Source: a virus
Lineage: Duplodnaviria > Caudoviricetes
DNA length: 61,396 bases
Strand: one strand, 5' to 3'
Virus record (IMG/VR): IMGVR_UViG_3300021433_000004
Location: 1-61,396 of that record
Part shown: positions 9,251-19,280 of the stretch, piece after piece
How the letters are laid out: every line of letters starts with the position of its first letter
Position numbering within the stretch: position 1 is the stretch's first letter
Position numbers and translations under genes: made by a program
The notes under the pieces: model-generated
Seen by the model: the letters and a program-made list of their open reading frames with translations, nothing else
Database searches by the model: none
What the model was told of the DNA's origin: nothing

Positions 9251-9522
9251 AGCTCTTACCCGTTGTACTCGCGCTGGGGATCGGAACTACGCTGTTAACT
9301 GGCTGCACATCCGACCCTGTGGGGACGAACGCCACGAACAACAAAAACTTCACTGTTGATTTATTATTCGAAAACGACGGATGCCGCGTGTATCGCTTCG
9401 CGGATGGCGGTCAGTTAGTTTACTACGCGAATTGCGGGGCACGCACACAAACATCGTGGGATCGTTCGTGCGGCAAAGGCTGCACTACTCGCGAAAATGT
9501 TTCTACTTGGGAGGGTCAATGA
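9247..9522 (+). CDS. Lipoprotein (DUF4884/Cor-like)
   Basis: Lipobox LTGC; VDLLFENDGCRVYRFADGG. Confidence 0.75.
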   Translation: MKLLPVVLALGIGTTLLTGCTSDPVGTNATNNKNFTVDLLFENDGCRVYRFADGGQLVYYANCGARTQTSWDRSCGKGCTTRENVSTWEGQ

Positions 9523-9776
9523 AGCTCGCCACCGCTCTGCTGCTGGCCTTGATGCTGGGGTGCCAGAAGCCGCAACCGCCGCTCATGGTTGGCGTAGTCT
9601 ACATGGTCCGTGGCGACCAGATGGGTGCAATCGTACTACTGGTCGAACACGGAAAGAAGCATGGGGCATTATTCGAGTGCAATTTCGATAATCTTCCGAT
9701 GAAGGATGACCTTGTGGAGGTCAGCGCAACAAGTGCAGGCAAATGTCACGATACCGGAATCTCGTACAAACGCTGA
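9519..9776 (+). CDS. Lipoprotein
   Basis: MKLATALLLALMLGC lipobox; ATGA overlap. Confidence 0.7.
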   Translation: MKLATALLLALMLGCQKPQPPLMVGVVYMVRGDQMGAIVLLVEHGKKHGALFECNFDNLPMKDDLVEVSATSAGKCHDTGISYKR

Positions 9777-9820
9777 CGGCTTACTTCCTATATGGGCCAG
9801 GTACATCCATTCGGCCCCAC

Positions 9821-10462
9821 TTAGCCCTTGTTGGCCTTCTGTATCGCCGCATTCATCAGCTTGAGCTTCTTCGCATTGGCCCGGTTCATGCGTGCGGCCT
9901 TAGCCTGCGTAGCCGCTGCGCTGGTTCCCATGCCTACTGAGATGCCTGATTGAAAGAACCAGCCTTGGTTGGGCTGCCCGATAACCGAAGGACCGAACTT
10001 ACCATATCCGCCTTCGAAAAGGTTAATCGTGAATTTCCCTTGCCCGGTAGTGTCGTAGTTGAGGCCGAAGCGTGCCAAGGCAGCGACGGACTGCGTGCTG
10101 GTCCCATTGAGTTGAATCCTGCCCAATCCGGCGGCACCGTTCAGGTAAGGCTCGATCTTGCCGCAACTGATGCTGGTAGGGGCTAAGAGCTTTTCCAGTG
10201 CCGAGATGCCGCAGAGGTTGTACTGAGCCCCGCCAAGGTAGCCTGTATAGCCCGCGCCGGGCATGGCGAGGACATCCGCCCTGAGAGCGGTATTCGTGGT
10301 GAACTGGGTAGTAAAGGCCGTAGAGAGGGCTGAGGCTTGGCCGTAAGGCTGGCCGCCCAAGAAATTCAAGGTAACTTGAAATTGCGGAGCGTTCGTAGGT
10401 GCCTGCGCCAGCAATGCCCATGGCAGAGCCAGCCAGACTGCGAGTAGCGCGAGTTTCTTCAT
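9821..10462 (-). CDS. Exported protein, probable small outer-membrane beta-barrel with basic C-terminal tail
   Basis: Signal peptide ending ALLA-Q; alternating amphipathic strands (EPYLNGAAGLG, ARFGLNY, FFQSGISVG). Confidence 0.6.
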   Translation of the reverse strand: MKKLALLAVWLALPWALLAQAPTNAPQFQVTLNFLGGQPYGQASALSTAFTTQFTTNTALRADVLAMPGAGYTGYLGGAQYNLCGISALEKLLAPTSISCGKIEPYLNGAAGLGRIQLNGTSTQSVAALARFGLNYDTTGQGKFTINLFEGGYGKFGPSVIGQPNQGWFFQSGISVGMGTSAAATQAKAARMNRANAKKLKLMNAAIQKANKG

Positions 10463-10845
10463 GTAGTCTCCTGTTCAGCTACGACCAAAATATCATGGTC
10501 GGTTGAATTCCAAAAGAGTTCTCTTACGTCCCGCGACATCACGATGCAGCCTTCTGAAGCGTACCCCGGCCGGGAAATCAAGTCTCCATGCATCATGAAG
10601 CCAGAACGCCCGAATGTCTCGGTCTGCTGGTACGGTTCCAGCCGGATCGCGTAGGGGCCGTGCGAGGTCGATTCCGGTATTAGTTCTACTGCCTGCCACA
10701 AGCCTTGCGGAATAGGCCCCTGATCCACCTGCGCTTGCGCTGTAGCGTCGTTTACGAAGGGAGGCTGCCCAGAGTACCCTTTGCCCTGCGACGTGCCTGT
10801 AGGGTCCGTAAAACGACCGGATGACTGCTCGTATAGCCAGCTCAC
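10459..10845 (-). CDS. Tlde1/DUF2778-like L,D-peptidase, candidate endolysin
   Basis: GYSG...GPIPQG...RSGFMMHGD...ASEGCIV catalytic His/Cys motif. Confidence 0.85.
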   Translation of the reverse strand: MSWLYEQSSGRFTDPTGTSQGKGYSGQPPFVNDATAQAQVDQGPIPQGLWQAVELIPESTSHGPYAIRLEPYQQTETFGRSGFMMHGDLISRPGYASEGCIVMSRDVRELFWNSTDHDILVVAEQETT

Positions 10846-11120
10846 ATTCCCCTCGCCTTAAACTTGTGCGCCATGGCCTTCTCGATTTCTTCCCGCATCA
10901 TCTTCTCCAGCACGGCATTGCGGCGGTTCATCACCTTCTCCACAATCTCTTCAAAGGCTCGCAGCCAGTAGTCCGGGGGCTTCTCTCCGCTGGTCCCGTT
11001 GCCATTGCCATTCTTAGCCTTGCCGTTCCGCAGAATCGGGCCAAGGAAGTTGAAGACCTCTCTCAGAATGACGAGCGCCAGCGCCGCCGCCCCGAGGGAT
11101 TGCCCGGTTTCTGGGCTCAC
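10842..11120 (-). CDS. Membrane protein, holin-like
   Basis: One N-terminal hydrophobic helix and a charged tail; overlaps both neighbours. Confidence 0.55.
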   Translation of the reverse strand: MSPETGQSLGAAALALVILREVFNFLGPILRNGKAKNGNGNGTSGEKPPDYWLRAFEEIVEKVMNRRNAVLEKMMREEIEKAMAHKFKARGM

Positions 11121-11332
11121 AGTCCAGGGGGATGGTCCCCTGTATCCCAGGTCGTCGCCGTCTGATCCCCTTCGGTCGGAACATATAGCGTGCCGATGCC
11201 CTCGAAGTTGTAAAGGTAAATCGCCGTGTCCCCGAAAAGATGGATATAGCTTCCCGCTTTGCCGCCGTCCAAGCCGCTCCACCATGCGTACTTGCCAGAC
11301 CTTACTGCCGCCACCGCGCTTGAGTAGTTCAT
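11117..11332 (-). CDS. DUF2829/Tad2-like small protein
   Basis: MNYSSAVAAVRSGKYAWWSG...YVPTEGDQTATTW resembles MNFxxAxxxLKxGKxVxRxGW...PSQxDxLAxDW. Confidence 0.5.
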   Translation of the reverse strand: MNYSSAVAAVRSGKYAWWSGLDGGKAGSYIHLFGDTAIYLYNFEGIGTLYVPTEGDQTATTWDTGDHPPGL

Positions 11333-11712
11333 TGGCCCTCCCGCCAATCGATGAATTTAGGCGAATGTGGGTATCGCCTGACGCTCATCCCGAGATTGTG
11401 AGCCGCTATGCTCATGCCCTCTGGGGTATTCACGAACTTTATACTCTCAATCGTCATCCCAACATCCCAGCCTAGCTTCAACTCCGAGCCATCGTGCTTG
11501 AACTTAATATCGAACGGATTGCCGCCGCGGACCCACTGCACTTTAAAATTCCACGGGTCGTAGACTTCGAGGACATTGAAGCCGGTCCATGTATCCGGTA
11601 TGGTTGCTTCATACTTCGCCAGTTTCAATTCCAGTGTGCTAATTTGCCGATGATCTCGCAGAGCCAGCCATCCCGTCATACCCCAGCTAACGATGATGAT
11701 TGAAAGAAACAT
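11329..11712 (-). CDS. Membrane-anchored protein (possible spanin-like); start uncertain
   Basis: N-terminal TM segment followed by a short coiled coil. Confidence 0.5.
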   Translation of the reverse strand: MFLSIIIVSWGMTGWLALRDHRQISTLELKLAKYEATIPDTWTGFNVLEVYDPWNFKVQWVRGGNPFDIKFKHDGSELKLGWDVGMTIESIKFVNTPEGMSIAAHNLGMSVRRYPHSPKFIDWREGQ

Positions 11713-11737
11713 GCCATAGCCGCGCACATACCCCTTA

Positions 11738-12052
11738 TCACCGGGAGGGATATTCTGGGGGCGGGAGTTTGCAGGCCGGGAAGAGGGGTGCCACGGCAAT
11801 TTTAATGTCACTAATTTCATAGCCGTGGCGCTCTTTATTGGCGTCCATTTTCTTACCAAGTTCGAGAATGCCATTCGCCATGGCAGCCGTGTCATCGTCA
11901 CGACGTTTGAGATCCCGGCGCAAAAGCCAAGTAAGAATAGACAAAACAATCCCCACTCCGCTAGCGATAGCCATTGATGCAAGGTGAATTCCTTCCCCGC
12001 GAACCTGAGAAGCCAAATCGCCATCCAGCAGCATAGTGAATTGTGCATCCAT
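11738..12052 (-). CDS. Single-TM coiled-coil protein of the lysis region
   Basis: GGAGG RBS; IASGVGIVLSILTWLL TM then helical tail. Confidence 0.6.
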   Translation of the reverse strand: MDAQFTMLLDGDLASQVRGEGIHLASMAIASGVGIVLSILTWLLRRDLKRRDDDTAAMANGILELGKKMDANKERHGYEISDIKIAVAPLFPACKLPPPEYPSR

Positions 12053-12105
12053 TCCTCCCCCTACTTGCATGACGAAGTGAATCTTGTTCCAGAATCCGAA
12101 CAAGC

Positions 12106-12300
12106 CTAGCTTGTAGGCCGTGTGACCGGAGACTGCAAAGCATGCAAGATGACGCCCCAGATCGCCAGAATGGCCGCCGTGTAAGCCGCATGCGCTGCCG
12201 CAATGGTCTGAATCTGCGGAGTGAGGGCAGTAGCCAGAGCCGCCAGCACGGTTAGAATCGAAGGCCACCATTTCTTGAGCAAAGCTGTGAATTTGTTCAT
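12106..12300 (-). CDS. Putative holin (two TM helices)
   Basis: 64 aa, two hydrophobic segments, AGGAG RBS. Confidence 0.6.
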   Translation of the reverse strand: MNKFTALLKKWWPSILTVLAALATALTPQIQTIAAAHAAYTAAILAIWGVILHALQSPVTRPTS

Positions 12301-12317
12301 TGTTTTCTCCTGTGAAT

Positions 12318-12713
12318 TTAACTGCCAGTGAAAGTAATTGTAAAGGCCGTCAAGGCCCCGGTAGCCGTAGGCGTACCGCTCAAGACACAAGACGTGCCGC
12401 TGGAAGTAAGCGCCAGCCAGCTTGGAAGCGATCCTGCCGCTACAGAGCAGGTTACCGAGGTCTTAGGCCCAATCGTTGCCAAAGTGACGCTGTAGGGCGT
12501 TCCTAATGAGATTGTGGGCAAAGTGCAGGCTGAGAAGGCAGGACTCGGCCCCGGCTGGCAGGAAGTAGTCCCAACCGTGATCGGAGCGAAGCCCCAGACG
12601 GCCGCCGTGAATTGCCCGCTAAGAGTGACCGTCCCTTGCGTTTGGGCATGGGCCTGCGCTTGGGCGAGGCCAGCGAATACGAATACAGCGGCAATGAGTA
12701 GCAGTTTTCTCAT
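12318..12713 (-). CDS. Signal-peptide protein with putative Ig (He_PIG-like) domain
   Basis: MRKLLLIAAVFVFAGLAQA; GSLPSWLAL...LSGTPTATG. Confidence 0.75.
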   Translation of the reverse strand: MRKLLLIAAVFVFAGLAQAQAHAQTQGTVTLSGQFTAAVWGFAPITVGTTSCQPGPSPAFSACTLPTISLGTPYSVTLATIGPKTSVTCSVAAGSLPSWLALTSSGTSCVLSGTPTATGALTAFTITFTGS

Positions 12714-12720
12714 AAATCTC

Positions 12721-15700
12721 CTATTGAAGTACGTCCACGTTCAGCGTGTAATTGCCCACCAGAGAAATATTGGCCCCGATACTCAGGCCATCATCCCCAG
12801 CATTTAAGAGCGGTCCTGAAGTCACCGCAAACTGACTGGCCCAGTTTGAAACCGTTGCCGGAATGGAATTGTTGTAATTCACCATGCCGAGAGATGTTGC
12901 CGCGGCATAGAGCTGGGTATGTCCTCCCGGCCAAGTCTGAGTATTGGCCGAGAATCCATAGACCGCGTTGTAATCCCAGATAGGAGCGTTCCAGCAGGTA
13001 TTGATGACGCAAGATGGAGTATTTCCCGCCCCGGTGCAAGAGCCTGTGCAAGATCCCGAGACACTGTATTTCACGCTCGCACTTAACGGTGCGGGAGTCT
13101 GGAGTACGATGTCAGTATTATCCGTGCAGACTGCAATGATGTAATTGATTGAATTGATGGTGATCTGCGTGCCCTGGCCCCAAATCGTGGTGCAAAGGAA
13201 TTGCCCGCCAGACACCCAAGTCACCGTAGTGCCCGAGCCTGTGACGCTGACGTTGCCTGATACCGTACCCGCTCCGCCCGCATTCCCAATCGGAGGCGTG
13301 GAGTTTCCATTGCCAATGATCGAGTCTTTCCAGACCATTCCGTACTGCCCGGAAGGGTTCGTCTGCGGGCCGCCGGTCAAGAGAATGACGCTCTGGTTCT
13401 GACTCAGCCAATCGTTATGGATGAAGTGGATATTGCCCTGAATGAAATTCGGCGTTGAGCTTGTCGCTCCCGGACTGCCTGACCGGATAGCCTGAGTTTG
13501 CTGTGGCACATTGCTGTAACAGGACACGGCGTTCGCCGTCAGATTCAGATAAACATAAGCACACGTCAGGGTAGGCGATCCCAGTTCCGCGATCACATTG
13601 TCATGGAAGATCATCGTATTGCCCTGATAGGCCGTGCCGCCCGTCGTGGCAATTGCGTTCGAGACTCCAAGCCCTACATTTGTATCTGAAGATCGGTTGT
13701 AGCGATAGATCAAGTTCGTAATCTGGGCGCTGGGTGCGATATTGGATTGATCTTTTGGAGTAACGAGTAACGAGGCTCCAAGCTGGTCTACGGTGTTCCA
13801 TGAGTTCGAGCAGACGTTCCCTTCCATCAAAACGTAGCTGCCATTCTTGAACTCGTTGCAGTTCTTTGTCGTGAACGGAAGTCCTCCAGTAGGCAGAGGA
13901 CCGCCGCCATTGTAGGACGAATCCAGAGGATTTTCGGTCAGAGACGTATACTTCCAGTTTCGGCGAATCTCCCAATTGACCGGGAGATACCCGCCAATGG
14001 TCATATCAATGCTTGAGTCCGTGCAGCCGGCGGGAGGGCATACAATCGCTGAAGAAACTGGGAAGGTAAACGTATCGTTCGTGTTCGTTGTCGTCGTGCA
14101 GCAGGTCACGGTCTGGTTTTGATTGATGCCGTTTGAAACCGAGCCTCCGGGCCAGAGGGTTGAGCCTGCCATGAACTGCGTTGAAGTGCCTGAAGGAATA
14201 CCGCAAGTCACCGCGCAAATTCCAGTGATCAGGGCGCTGATTCCCGGAGTCAAAGTCACCTGAGTTAGAAGAAATCCTTGGCCGCCTCCACCAAACAGGA
14301 AGCCTTGATTCGAGGTGCCGAAGAAGTTGTCTACGAGTTTGTACGTGCCGGAATTTGCGTCCGTATTCGTCTGCACTGCCCCGGAGACACAGTGTTCATC
14401 CGAGGCTTCCCCAATGGTGATGTAGCTTTGCAAGTCCCAGCAGAAAGAATCAATCATGGCGATGTGGTCGGTATCGCCAAGCTGAAGCCCTTTGCTGGTT
14501 TCTGCCCAGGTATCGCCCTGAATCATGATGCGATCGAAGATGATGTTATTCACTCCGTTCTGCATCGAGATCATGATGTCCTGCACCGCGTCATTTCCAA
14601 CCACGCCATTGCAGTTATTGTTCGCGTAAGAGTTGCAAATGTTTGGCGTCGGAGAGCCTACGGCAATCAGTTCGCCGCCAGAAGAAGTGGAAGCCGTGCA
14701 AGAACCCCCAGCCTGGGTGTAGCCAAAGGTGAATGACCCCGTGGTCGCCGTCAGGGAAGTCAGTGTTACCGACCCCGAGCTCATGTTAAAGCTGGTATCC
14801 GTCACGCCTGCCACAAAGACTGTTAAACCAGCGGAGGGAACGGGATTCAGAACCTGGCTGAAGGTGTACGTCCCGGTGACTGCACAGCCCGTGGTTCGGG
14901 AGATCGTAGAGATTGTCCCGCCGCCGATCTTGGCCTGGGCGTAAGTCTCATTGTAGGTAAAGTCCGTATCGTCCACCACCGACGCGACAGTGAAGTTCCC
15001 CGGCCCAAAGTGATACAAAGTCTGGGCTACGGATACTTGGGAAGTGAAAGGCGTTGTCGCTACGATATTCACGCCCGAGGAATTTGAACTCAGACTTTGG
15101 TGTGTACTGGTAATTGAGCCTTGCGTCGTTCCATCGCCAATGCCTACCTGCGAGACACAGTTCGTAGCATTGCAGGTGCGGGAATAAACTCCCGGTGTAG
15201 CCGCTGTGGGTTGCGAGGCAAAGGCCCATGCTCCGCCGTCTCGCGCAAAGTCAATTCCTACGAAGCGGATGTATTGCGCTCCGGTCGTGAGTTTCAATCC
15301 TGCCAATCCGCCCGCTCCGGTTGAGTGCGCCAGTTGGAGAATTGGGACAACCTGCTGACAGCCTGAGTTATGCGAAGGGTAGGTAGGGATATTCGGAGCT
15401 GAGGAAATTCCGGCAAAGCACGGGGTAATCCGAGTGCCTTCTGCTGGGATGGCAGCTAGGTCATCCGTCTCAACCGTAATCCAGTTTCCGGCCGAGCCTG
15501 CTGCTGCCCAGGAGATATTGCAGTTCGTTGCTACTAAAGTGTGCAGGACTTGTAAAGTCTGCCCTGCCGCGATCTGAGTAAATCCTCCGGTCCCGGCGGC
15601 GATGTTGTTGATGTCCGAGCAAGATTGCGCGGTATAAGGGCTGCCAGAAACCATGTATAGCCCTGCCGGAGACGGCGTATTCGCAATGGCTGTGTTCATG

Positions 15701-18531
15701 CACGTCTGCGGGCCTTGCGCTACATCGTCATACCCATTCAAGCCGTTAATGGGCTGATTTGTGGCTGAGCAGTAATAATTGTCTGGCCCAGAGGTTGGCG
15801 GGAAGGAAGTCGTGGGCGAGTTCTCGATGATGAAGTTCCCCGAGCCTGATCCTGTTCCTACCGTGCTACCCGCGGTGAATGAAGCCGTTCCTACCGGGCT
15901 ATCGGTCCAGCCGCTCGCCATGCCAATGGCTTTAATTGTCTCGATAATGCTGACGACAATTGAGCCGGAATACAGCGTTCCATGAGAGCATGACCCGCTG
16001 CCGTTGGAAGTCGGCGTAGTGCCGTCCAGCGTGTAGCACATTGCCAAAGACTGAGCCTGAGAAATTGTTACCGTCTGCGGAGGATATCCGCCTACTGGAG
16101 AGAACGTAGGTGCGGAACCTTGGAAGGTGTAGGTGTAAGAAGTGACCGTACTATCCCCGCTGAGACTGGTTCCCGCAATGATCTTCAGAGTCTTGTTAGT
16201 GGCGATTGAGACGGTCCCGCCGCTAGTGAGAGACGTTCCGGTAGTGCATCCCGTTCCTAAGCCATTTGTGGCTGGAGTCGTGCCGTTCGTGGTGTAGCAC
16301 TGCACTGTAGTCCCTGAGTTCGGGTTGGCGCAGGCAGGAGTCTGCGTAGCTGAATACGTTCCGGTTCCCGGCGTGCAGGATGACGGAGCAACGACAGTAA
16401 ACGATGCGGTGGCCGTGGTGCTGCTATCCGTGACGGTAATGGTGCAGGCCGCGCTACCAACGGTCAAAGTGGCCGTGGCGGCGGTATTCGAGGTGACGGT
16501 CGGCGTTGTGATGGAATCCCCCGAGCAGCTTCCGCCGCTGAGAGTAAAGAGTCCTAAAGCCGTTTCCGTGGTCCAGAGCGTATGCACTCCGGTTAGAGTC
16601 AGGCCGGGCGTTGTGCCAGTGTTCCCGGAAGTCGGAGAGATTGCCAGGGTCGCCGTGGCTACCGTGATCGTCGTAGAGATCGAATCCGTAGTATCGGTGA
16701 TCGTCAGGGTTCCCGTACCCGAGCCAGTGGTGATCTGAAGGGTGTACGAGGTCGAGGAAACATTCGCCTTGCTCGCCAGAGAAGTGCCGCTTACACCCGA
16801 GAGACTGAATGCCGTTGCGCTGGTCCAAGACGTTCCGCTGCCTGTGCAGGTTACGGCTATATTGTTCGAGTGGTGCGCCGGAAGAGTGGTCGGGGAGCAA
16901 GTAAAACTCGCAGGAGCAGCGGTGAATTCATAAGCTCCAGCATCCCATGCTCCGCTACTCGGACGAGCATTGACTGTGATAGCGGGACAGCTAGAAATGA
17001 ATCCGCCGCTCCCAGCAACTTCGGCACAGCCTTTTGGCGTACCGCTGCATAGGTCGTTGGTAAAGTTCCCAGTTCCGCAAGTCGAGGTCAGATTGTTGCC
17101 CGCGCCCACCGTCGCATAAGTGCCGCCGCCATTGCCGGGCGAAAAATCATTGGACAAAAGGTAGTTCTGGGTTGTGGCCGTGCCGGTGGTCATGAATATC
17201 TCGCCACCGTTATCGGTCTGCGTTGTGCTGCACGTGGTCTGACTATTACAGGCTACCCAGTTCGAGATCGACGTGAATCCCACCAAATGATTATTCTCAT
17301 ATGAAGATGAAGACCCACTTGCCCATGTACCTGCATGGGCACCGAGTTTGCATGTGCTATCGATTGTGTTCCCGACAACCGTAACAGTGATGACGGCGCT
17401 TGTATTGCCAGAGTTTGGCTCCAGAAGCATGCAGTTCGGATCAGGAGGGAAGTGTTGGTCGTTCTCGAAGACGTTGTTGAAGAAGAGCATGACTGGAGCC
17501 GCGGGATTCCAGTTCTCGCCTTCATTCACATTTCGCGTGATGTTGTTGTAAGCAACGAACTGAGTACTGTTGCCATCGTGCTCTTCCACGTTGCCGTGTC
17601 GGCAGCAAGGACTACCAAATGCAGGCTCCGAAAGAAATTCTAAAAGGTTGTCATGAATCAGCGGGACGTTCCCGACCTGGAGCCCATCCGACAGGTGCCG
17701 GAAGACGTTGTGGTCGATGCTCGCCCAATTCCCGCCCATGGCCCAGCCCGTAGCGCACGTCCCTGGAACTGTGTTAGTGCCATTCCAGCAGGCCGCAATG
17801 CAGGATGATGTAGTGCAGGCTGCGCCGAGAGAAGAATCTTGACCATCAATTACGTTCAGGGTCGCAACATCGCTCGGAGGCGTGGATGAATCACTACTGT
17901 TGAGCATGATCCTGCGATCATCTTGCGCTCCAGTAGCCAAGGTCCATCCGTGGATATACAGATTTGAGAGGATGCGGTGGTTGCCTCCGCTCGTTAGACT
18001 GATGAACTCCACGAAGGATTGCGTAGTCTGACAGTCTCCCGTGAACTCGAAATTGTCGAAGGTGACATAACTGCCAGTGATTGAGAGATAGACAATGGAA
18101 TCATCTGCAAAAGAGCAACTAGAGACCGTCGCCGTACTTAGCGGATTATTGCCGTTGATGATTGGGCGGCACCAGGACGCTCCGCAGACCGAGGAATTGT
18201 CCCACGTTAAATCCACTCCGATGTAAATCACATTGCCACTTGATCCGCTGCGCGTGAAACTCCACGTCCCAATTTGGGGTGAACCCGAGGACTCATTCCA
18301 AGTATCGCCTCCTCTAAAGATGAGCGAATCTCCGGCGTTGATCGTGGTTGATGATGCGAGGCCGGTAGCAGTACTCATTCCCGGAGCGTGCAGCCATGTC
18401 GCGGTTTTACTCGTCCCGGCATTTGAATCCGAGGCATTGCAAGGCGATCCGGTGGCAGCGCACACATAGTATGTCGTCGCGTAAAGTGGCGCTCCCGCCA
18501 GTAGCGCGACAATGAATAGGAGTGTTTTCAT
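12721..18531 (-). CDS. 1936-aa signal-peptide adhesin/depolymerase-like protein (beta-helix, Ig-like and Fn3-associated modules)
   Basis: MKTLLFIVALLAGAPLYA-TTYYV...SDSNAGTS; GAWDAGAYE; YTLDGTTPT-type modules; Asn/Thr/Gly-rich beta-helix-like regions. Confidence 0.8.
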   Translation of the reverse strand: MKTLLFIVALLAGAPLYATTYYVCAATGSPCNASDSNAGTSKTATWLHAPGMSTATGLASSTTINAGDSLIFRGGDTWNESSGSPQIGTWSFTRSGSSGNVIYIGVDLTWDNSSVCGASWCRPIINGNNPLSTATVSSCSFADDSIVYLSITGSYVTFDNFEFTGDCQTTQSFVEFISLTSGGNHRILSNLYIHGWTLATGAQDDRRIMLNSSDSSTPPSDVATLNVIDGQDSSLGAACTTSSCIAACWNGTNTVPGTCATGWAMGGNWASIDHNVFRHLSDGLQVGNVPLIHDNLLEFLSEPAFGSPCCRHGNVEEHDGNSTQFVAYNNITRNVNEGENWNPAAPVMLFFNNVFENDQHFPPDPNCMLLEPNSGNTSAVITVTVVGNTIDSTCKLGAHAGTWASGSSSSYENNHLVGFTSISNWVACNSQTTCSTTQTDNGGEIFMTTGTATTQNYLLSNDFSPGNGGGTYATVGAGNNLTSTCGTGNFTNDLCSGTPKGCAEVAGSGGFISSCPAITVNARPSSGAWDAGAYEFTAAPASFTCSPTTLPAHHSNNIAVTCTGSGTSWTSATAFSLSGVSGTSLASKANVSSTSYTLQITTGSGTGTLTITDTTDSISTTITVATATLAISPTSGNTGTTPGLTLTGVHTLWTTETALGLFTLSGGSCSGDSITTPTVTSNTAATATLTVGSAACTITVTDSSTTATASFTVVAPSSCTPGTGTYSATQTPACANPNSGTTVQCYTTNGTTPATNGLGTGCTTGTSLTSGGTVSIATNKTLKIIAGTSLSGDSTVTSYTYTFQGSAPTFSPVGGYPPQTVTISQAQSLAMCYTLDGTTPTSNGSGSCSHGTLYSGSIVVSIIETIKAIGMASGWTDSPVGTASFTAGSTVGTGSGSGNFIIENSPTTSFPPTSGPDNYYCSATNQPINGLNGYDDVAQGPQTCMNTAIANTPSPAGLYMVSGSPYTAQSCSDINNIAAGTGGFTQIAAGQTLQVLHTLVATNCNISWAAAGSAGNWITVETDDLAAIPAEGTRITPCFAGISSAPNIPTYPSHNSGCQQVVPILQLAHSTGAGGLAGLKLTTGAQYIRFVGIDFARDGGAWAFASQPTAATPGVYSRTCNATNCVSQVGIGDGTTQGSITSTHQSLSSNSSGVNIVATTPFTSQVSVAQTLYHFGPGNFTVASVVDDTDFTYNETYAQAKIGGGTISTISRTTGCAVTGTYTFSQVLNPVPSAGLTVFVAGVTDTSFNMSSGSVTLTSLTATTGSFTFGYTQAGGSCTASTSSGGELIAVGSPTPNICNSYANNNCNGVVGNDAVQDIMISMQNGVNNIIFDRIMIQGDTWAETSKGLQLGDTDHIAMIDSFCWDLQSYITIGEASDEHCVSGAVQTNTDANSGTYKLVDNFFGTSNQGFLFGGGGQGFLLTQVTLTPGISALITGICAVTCGIPSGTSTQFMAGSTLWPGGSVSNGINQNQTVTCCTTTTNTNDTFTFPVSSAIVCPPAGCTDSSIDMTIGGYLPVNWEIRRNWKYTSLTENPLDSSYNGGGPLPTGGLPFTTKNCNEFKNGSYVLMEGNVCSNSWNTVDQLGASLLVTPKDQSNIAPSAQITNLIYRYNRSSDTNVGLGVSNAIATTGGTAYQGNTMIFHDNVIAELGSPTLTCAYVYLNLTANAVSCYSNVPQQTQAIRSGSPGATSSTPNFIQGNIHFIHNDWLSQNQSVILLTGGPQTNPSGQYGMVWKDSIIGNGNSTPPIGNAGGAGTVSGNVSVTGSGTTVTWVSGGQFLCTTIWGQGTQITINSINYIIAVCTDNTDIVLQTPAPLSASVKYSVSGSCTGSCTGAGNTPSCVINTCWNAPIWDYNAVYGFSANTQTWPGGHTQLYAAATSLGMVNYNNSIPATVSNWASQFAVTSGPLLNAGDDGLSIGANISLVGNYTLNVDVLQ

Positions 18532-19280
18532 TACAAGACCGACGTATTGGGCAAGACCGTAGTTTTTGGAATAACCGTAGCACTTGGAGGTTGCGGCGCG
18601 GCGAAGAATGAAACGGTGTATCCGGTGATTGCCATGCCGGTAGTTATGTTTAGTACTGGCGTATAAGTTGTCGCCGTAGTCACTGATTGATATTCCACTG
18701 CGCCGCTCTGGTTCCCTCCGCTGGCCTGTCCATTGGTCGAGATCGCGTATCCAGTTCCCGCCGTAAACGTATTGTTCGTGGCACCATTCCCGCCGGACGT
18801 GAGCACGAGGTCACCGGCTGCTGTCGTAGTAACCGCAGGCATGGTGCAGGCCGTGCAGCTTGCGATTGAATTGTTGAATGCCCCGACATCGAATGCCGAG
18901 GTTGTCTTTACTCCGGAAAATTCCTGCCCTAGACACACGCAAAAGGTAGTTCCACCCGTGAAGGTCACAGTCGTTGTCACTGTTCCCCCCGCGATGTTTG
19001 TGGCGTAACAATAGAACACGGCATTCGCGGCATGGAGCGTGATGTAGGTATTCGTGCCGTCCGTGCAGGCAACTGTGACCGCCCCGCTGCTGCTGTTATA
19101 TTCCGCGCCAATGATCACAAGTAGGTCGCCTGCCGTCGTGGTGCCGCAGGACACCGTGAGCGACGCCACGTTGCTGCCTTGATTGTTCGGCGTGCAATCT
19201 TTTCGGAAGGCAATTGAGGCGTGCGCGGAGGAAGGCACACAGGCGATTACAAGTAGGGATAACCAGAGGAGTTTCTTCAT
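18531..19280 (-). CDS. Signal-peptide beta-sandwich protein
   Basis: MKKLLWLSLLVIACVPSSAHA; twice TTAGDLL/TAAGDLV; TAATG coupling on both sides. Confidence 0.8.
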   Translation of the reverse strand: MKKLLWLSLLVIACVPSSAHASIAFRKDCTPNNQGSNVASLTVSCGTTTAGDLLVIIGAEYNSSSGAVTVACTDGTNTYITLHAANAVFYCYATNIAGGTVTTTVTFTGGTTFCVCLGQEFSGVKTTSAFDVGAFNNSIASCTACTMPAVTTTAAGDLVLTSGGNGATNNTFTAGTGYAISTNGQASGGNQSGAVEYQSVTTATTYTPVLNITTGMAITGYTVSFFAAPQPPSATVIPKTTVLPNTSVL

